Position numbers and translations under genes: made by a program
Shown here: piece by piece, positions 42,347-42,758 of the stretch
Position numbering within the stretch: position 1 is the stretch's first letter
Layout of the letters: every line of letters begins with the position of its first letter
The notes under the pieces: model-generated
The model's input: the letters and a program-made list of their open reading frames with translations, nothing else
What the model was told of the DNA's origin: nothing
The model's database searches: none
Source: a virus
DNA length: 42,758 nt
IMG/VR virus record: IMGVR_UViG_3300009179_000175
Location: 1-42,758 of that record
Reading direction: 5' to 3' (one strand)

Positions 42347-42758
42347 TGCTTGCTCCTCTCTTTCGCGCATTTATCGACTAAGTCGATCTCTTCGGTCGAA
42401 TGACCTCGGATCCACTTGAATTGGATTTGATGTTTGTTGCTCAAGACGAGTAACCTTTCCCAAAGATCCACATTCTGGACTCGCCCTTTACCAGAAGTGA
42501 CCCAGTTGTTCTTCTGCCAAGTCTTAACCCATTTGGTGATTCCGTTGACCAGATACTGGCTGTCGCTATGGACGACGGCAGTTTCACGATCATCCAGCAT
42601 CTCCAGAGCCGATATGGCGGCAGTCAGTTCCATGCGGTTATTCGTGGTATCCGGGTTCTCTCCATTGTATAGACGCTCCTGTTTACCGCGTCTGATCAAG
42701 CACGCCCATCCACCCGGTCCGGGATTACCACTGCAGGCACCATCACACCAGATTTCTG
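42343..42758 (-). CDS. rnhA: Ribonuclease HI (5' end beyond the window)
   Basis: WCDGACSGNPGPGGW, TNNRMEL, SDSQY, NVDLW, WIRGHS. Confidence 0.95.
   Translation of the reverse strand, partial: EIWCDGACSGNPGPGGWACLIRRGKQERLYNGENPDTTNNRMELTAAISALEMLDDRETAVVHSDSQYLVNGITKWVKTWQKNNWVTSGKGRVQNVDLWERLLVLSNKHQIQFKWIRGHSTEEIDLVDKCAKERSKQ

Noticed and set aside
1-42758. tRNA genes, introns or inteins
   Set aside because: I recognised no cloverleaf, and NrdJ, ThyX and ligase lengths leave no room for inserts. A tRNAscan-SE/Infernal run is still needed.

Overview
This is a 42.8-kb segment of a large T4-like myovirus genome, probably infecting a Gram-negative host (sigma70-type promoters, an outer-membrane lipoprotein gene). 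Most genes are on the minus strand. About 1-13.6 kb is a late structural module: LamG-type virion proteins, candidate internal head proteins, gp5, a gp27-like hub, gp53, gp48, gp4, gp2 and a gp54-like protein, under T4-type (N)ATAAATA late promoters. The rest holds nucleotide, repair and RNA-repair genes (DNA ligase, DenV, NrdJ, ThyX, two RNA ligases, RNase H, a QueD-like protein), a glycosyltransferase/deacetylase/PP-loop operon, a TolC/OprM-type lipoprotein, Hsp20, and small early genes behind a repeated sigma70 promoter cassette. The main observation is that all eight frame disruptions I found, in seven genes on both strands including ThyX, NrdJ and baseplate genes, can be placed at an in-frame CGG codon whose +1 frame is a Gly GGN codon. 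I found CGG read as ordinary Arg only in genes downstream of the early cassettes, and none in the intact middle/late genes I read. This suggests a stage-dependent +1 recoding system at CGG; a motif-specific sequencing error is the alternative and must be excluded. All calls come from reading the sequence by eye; no database searches were run.
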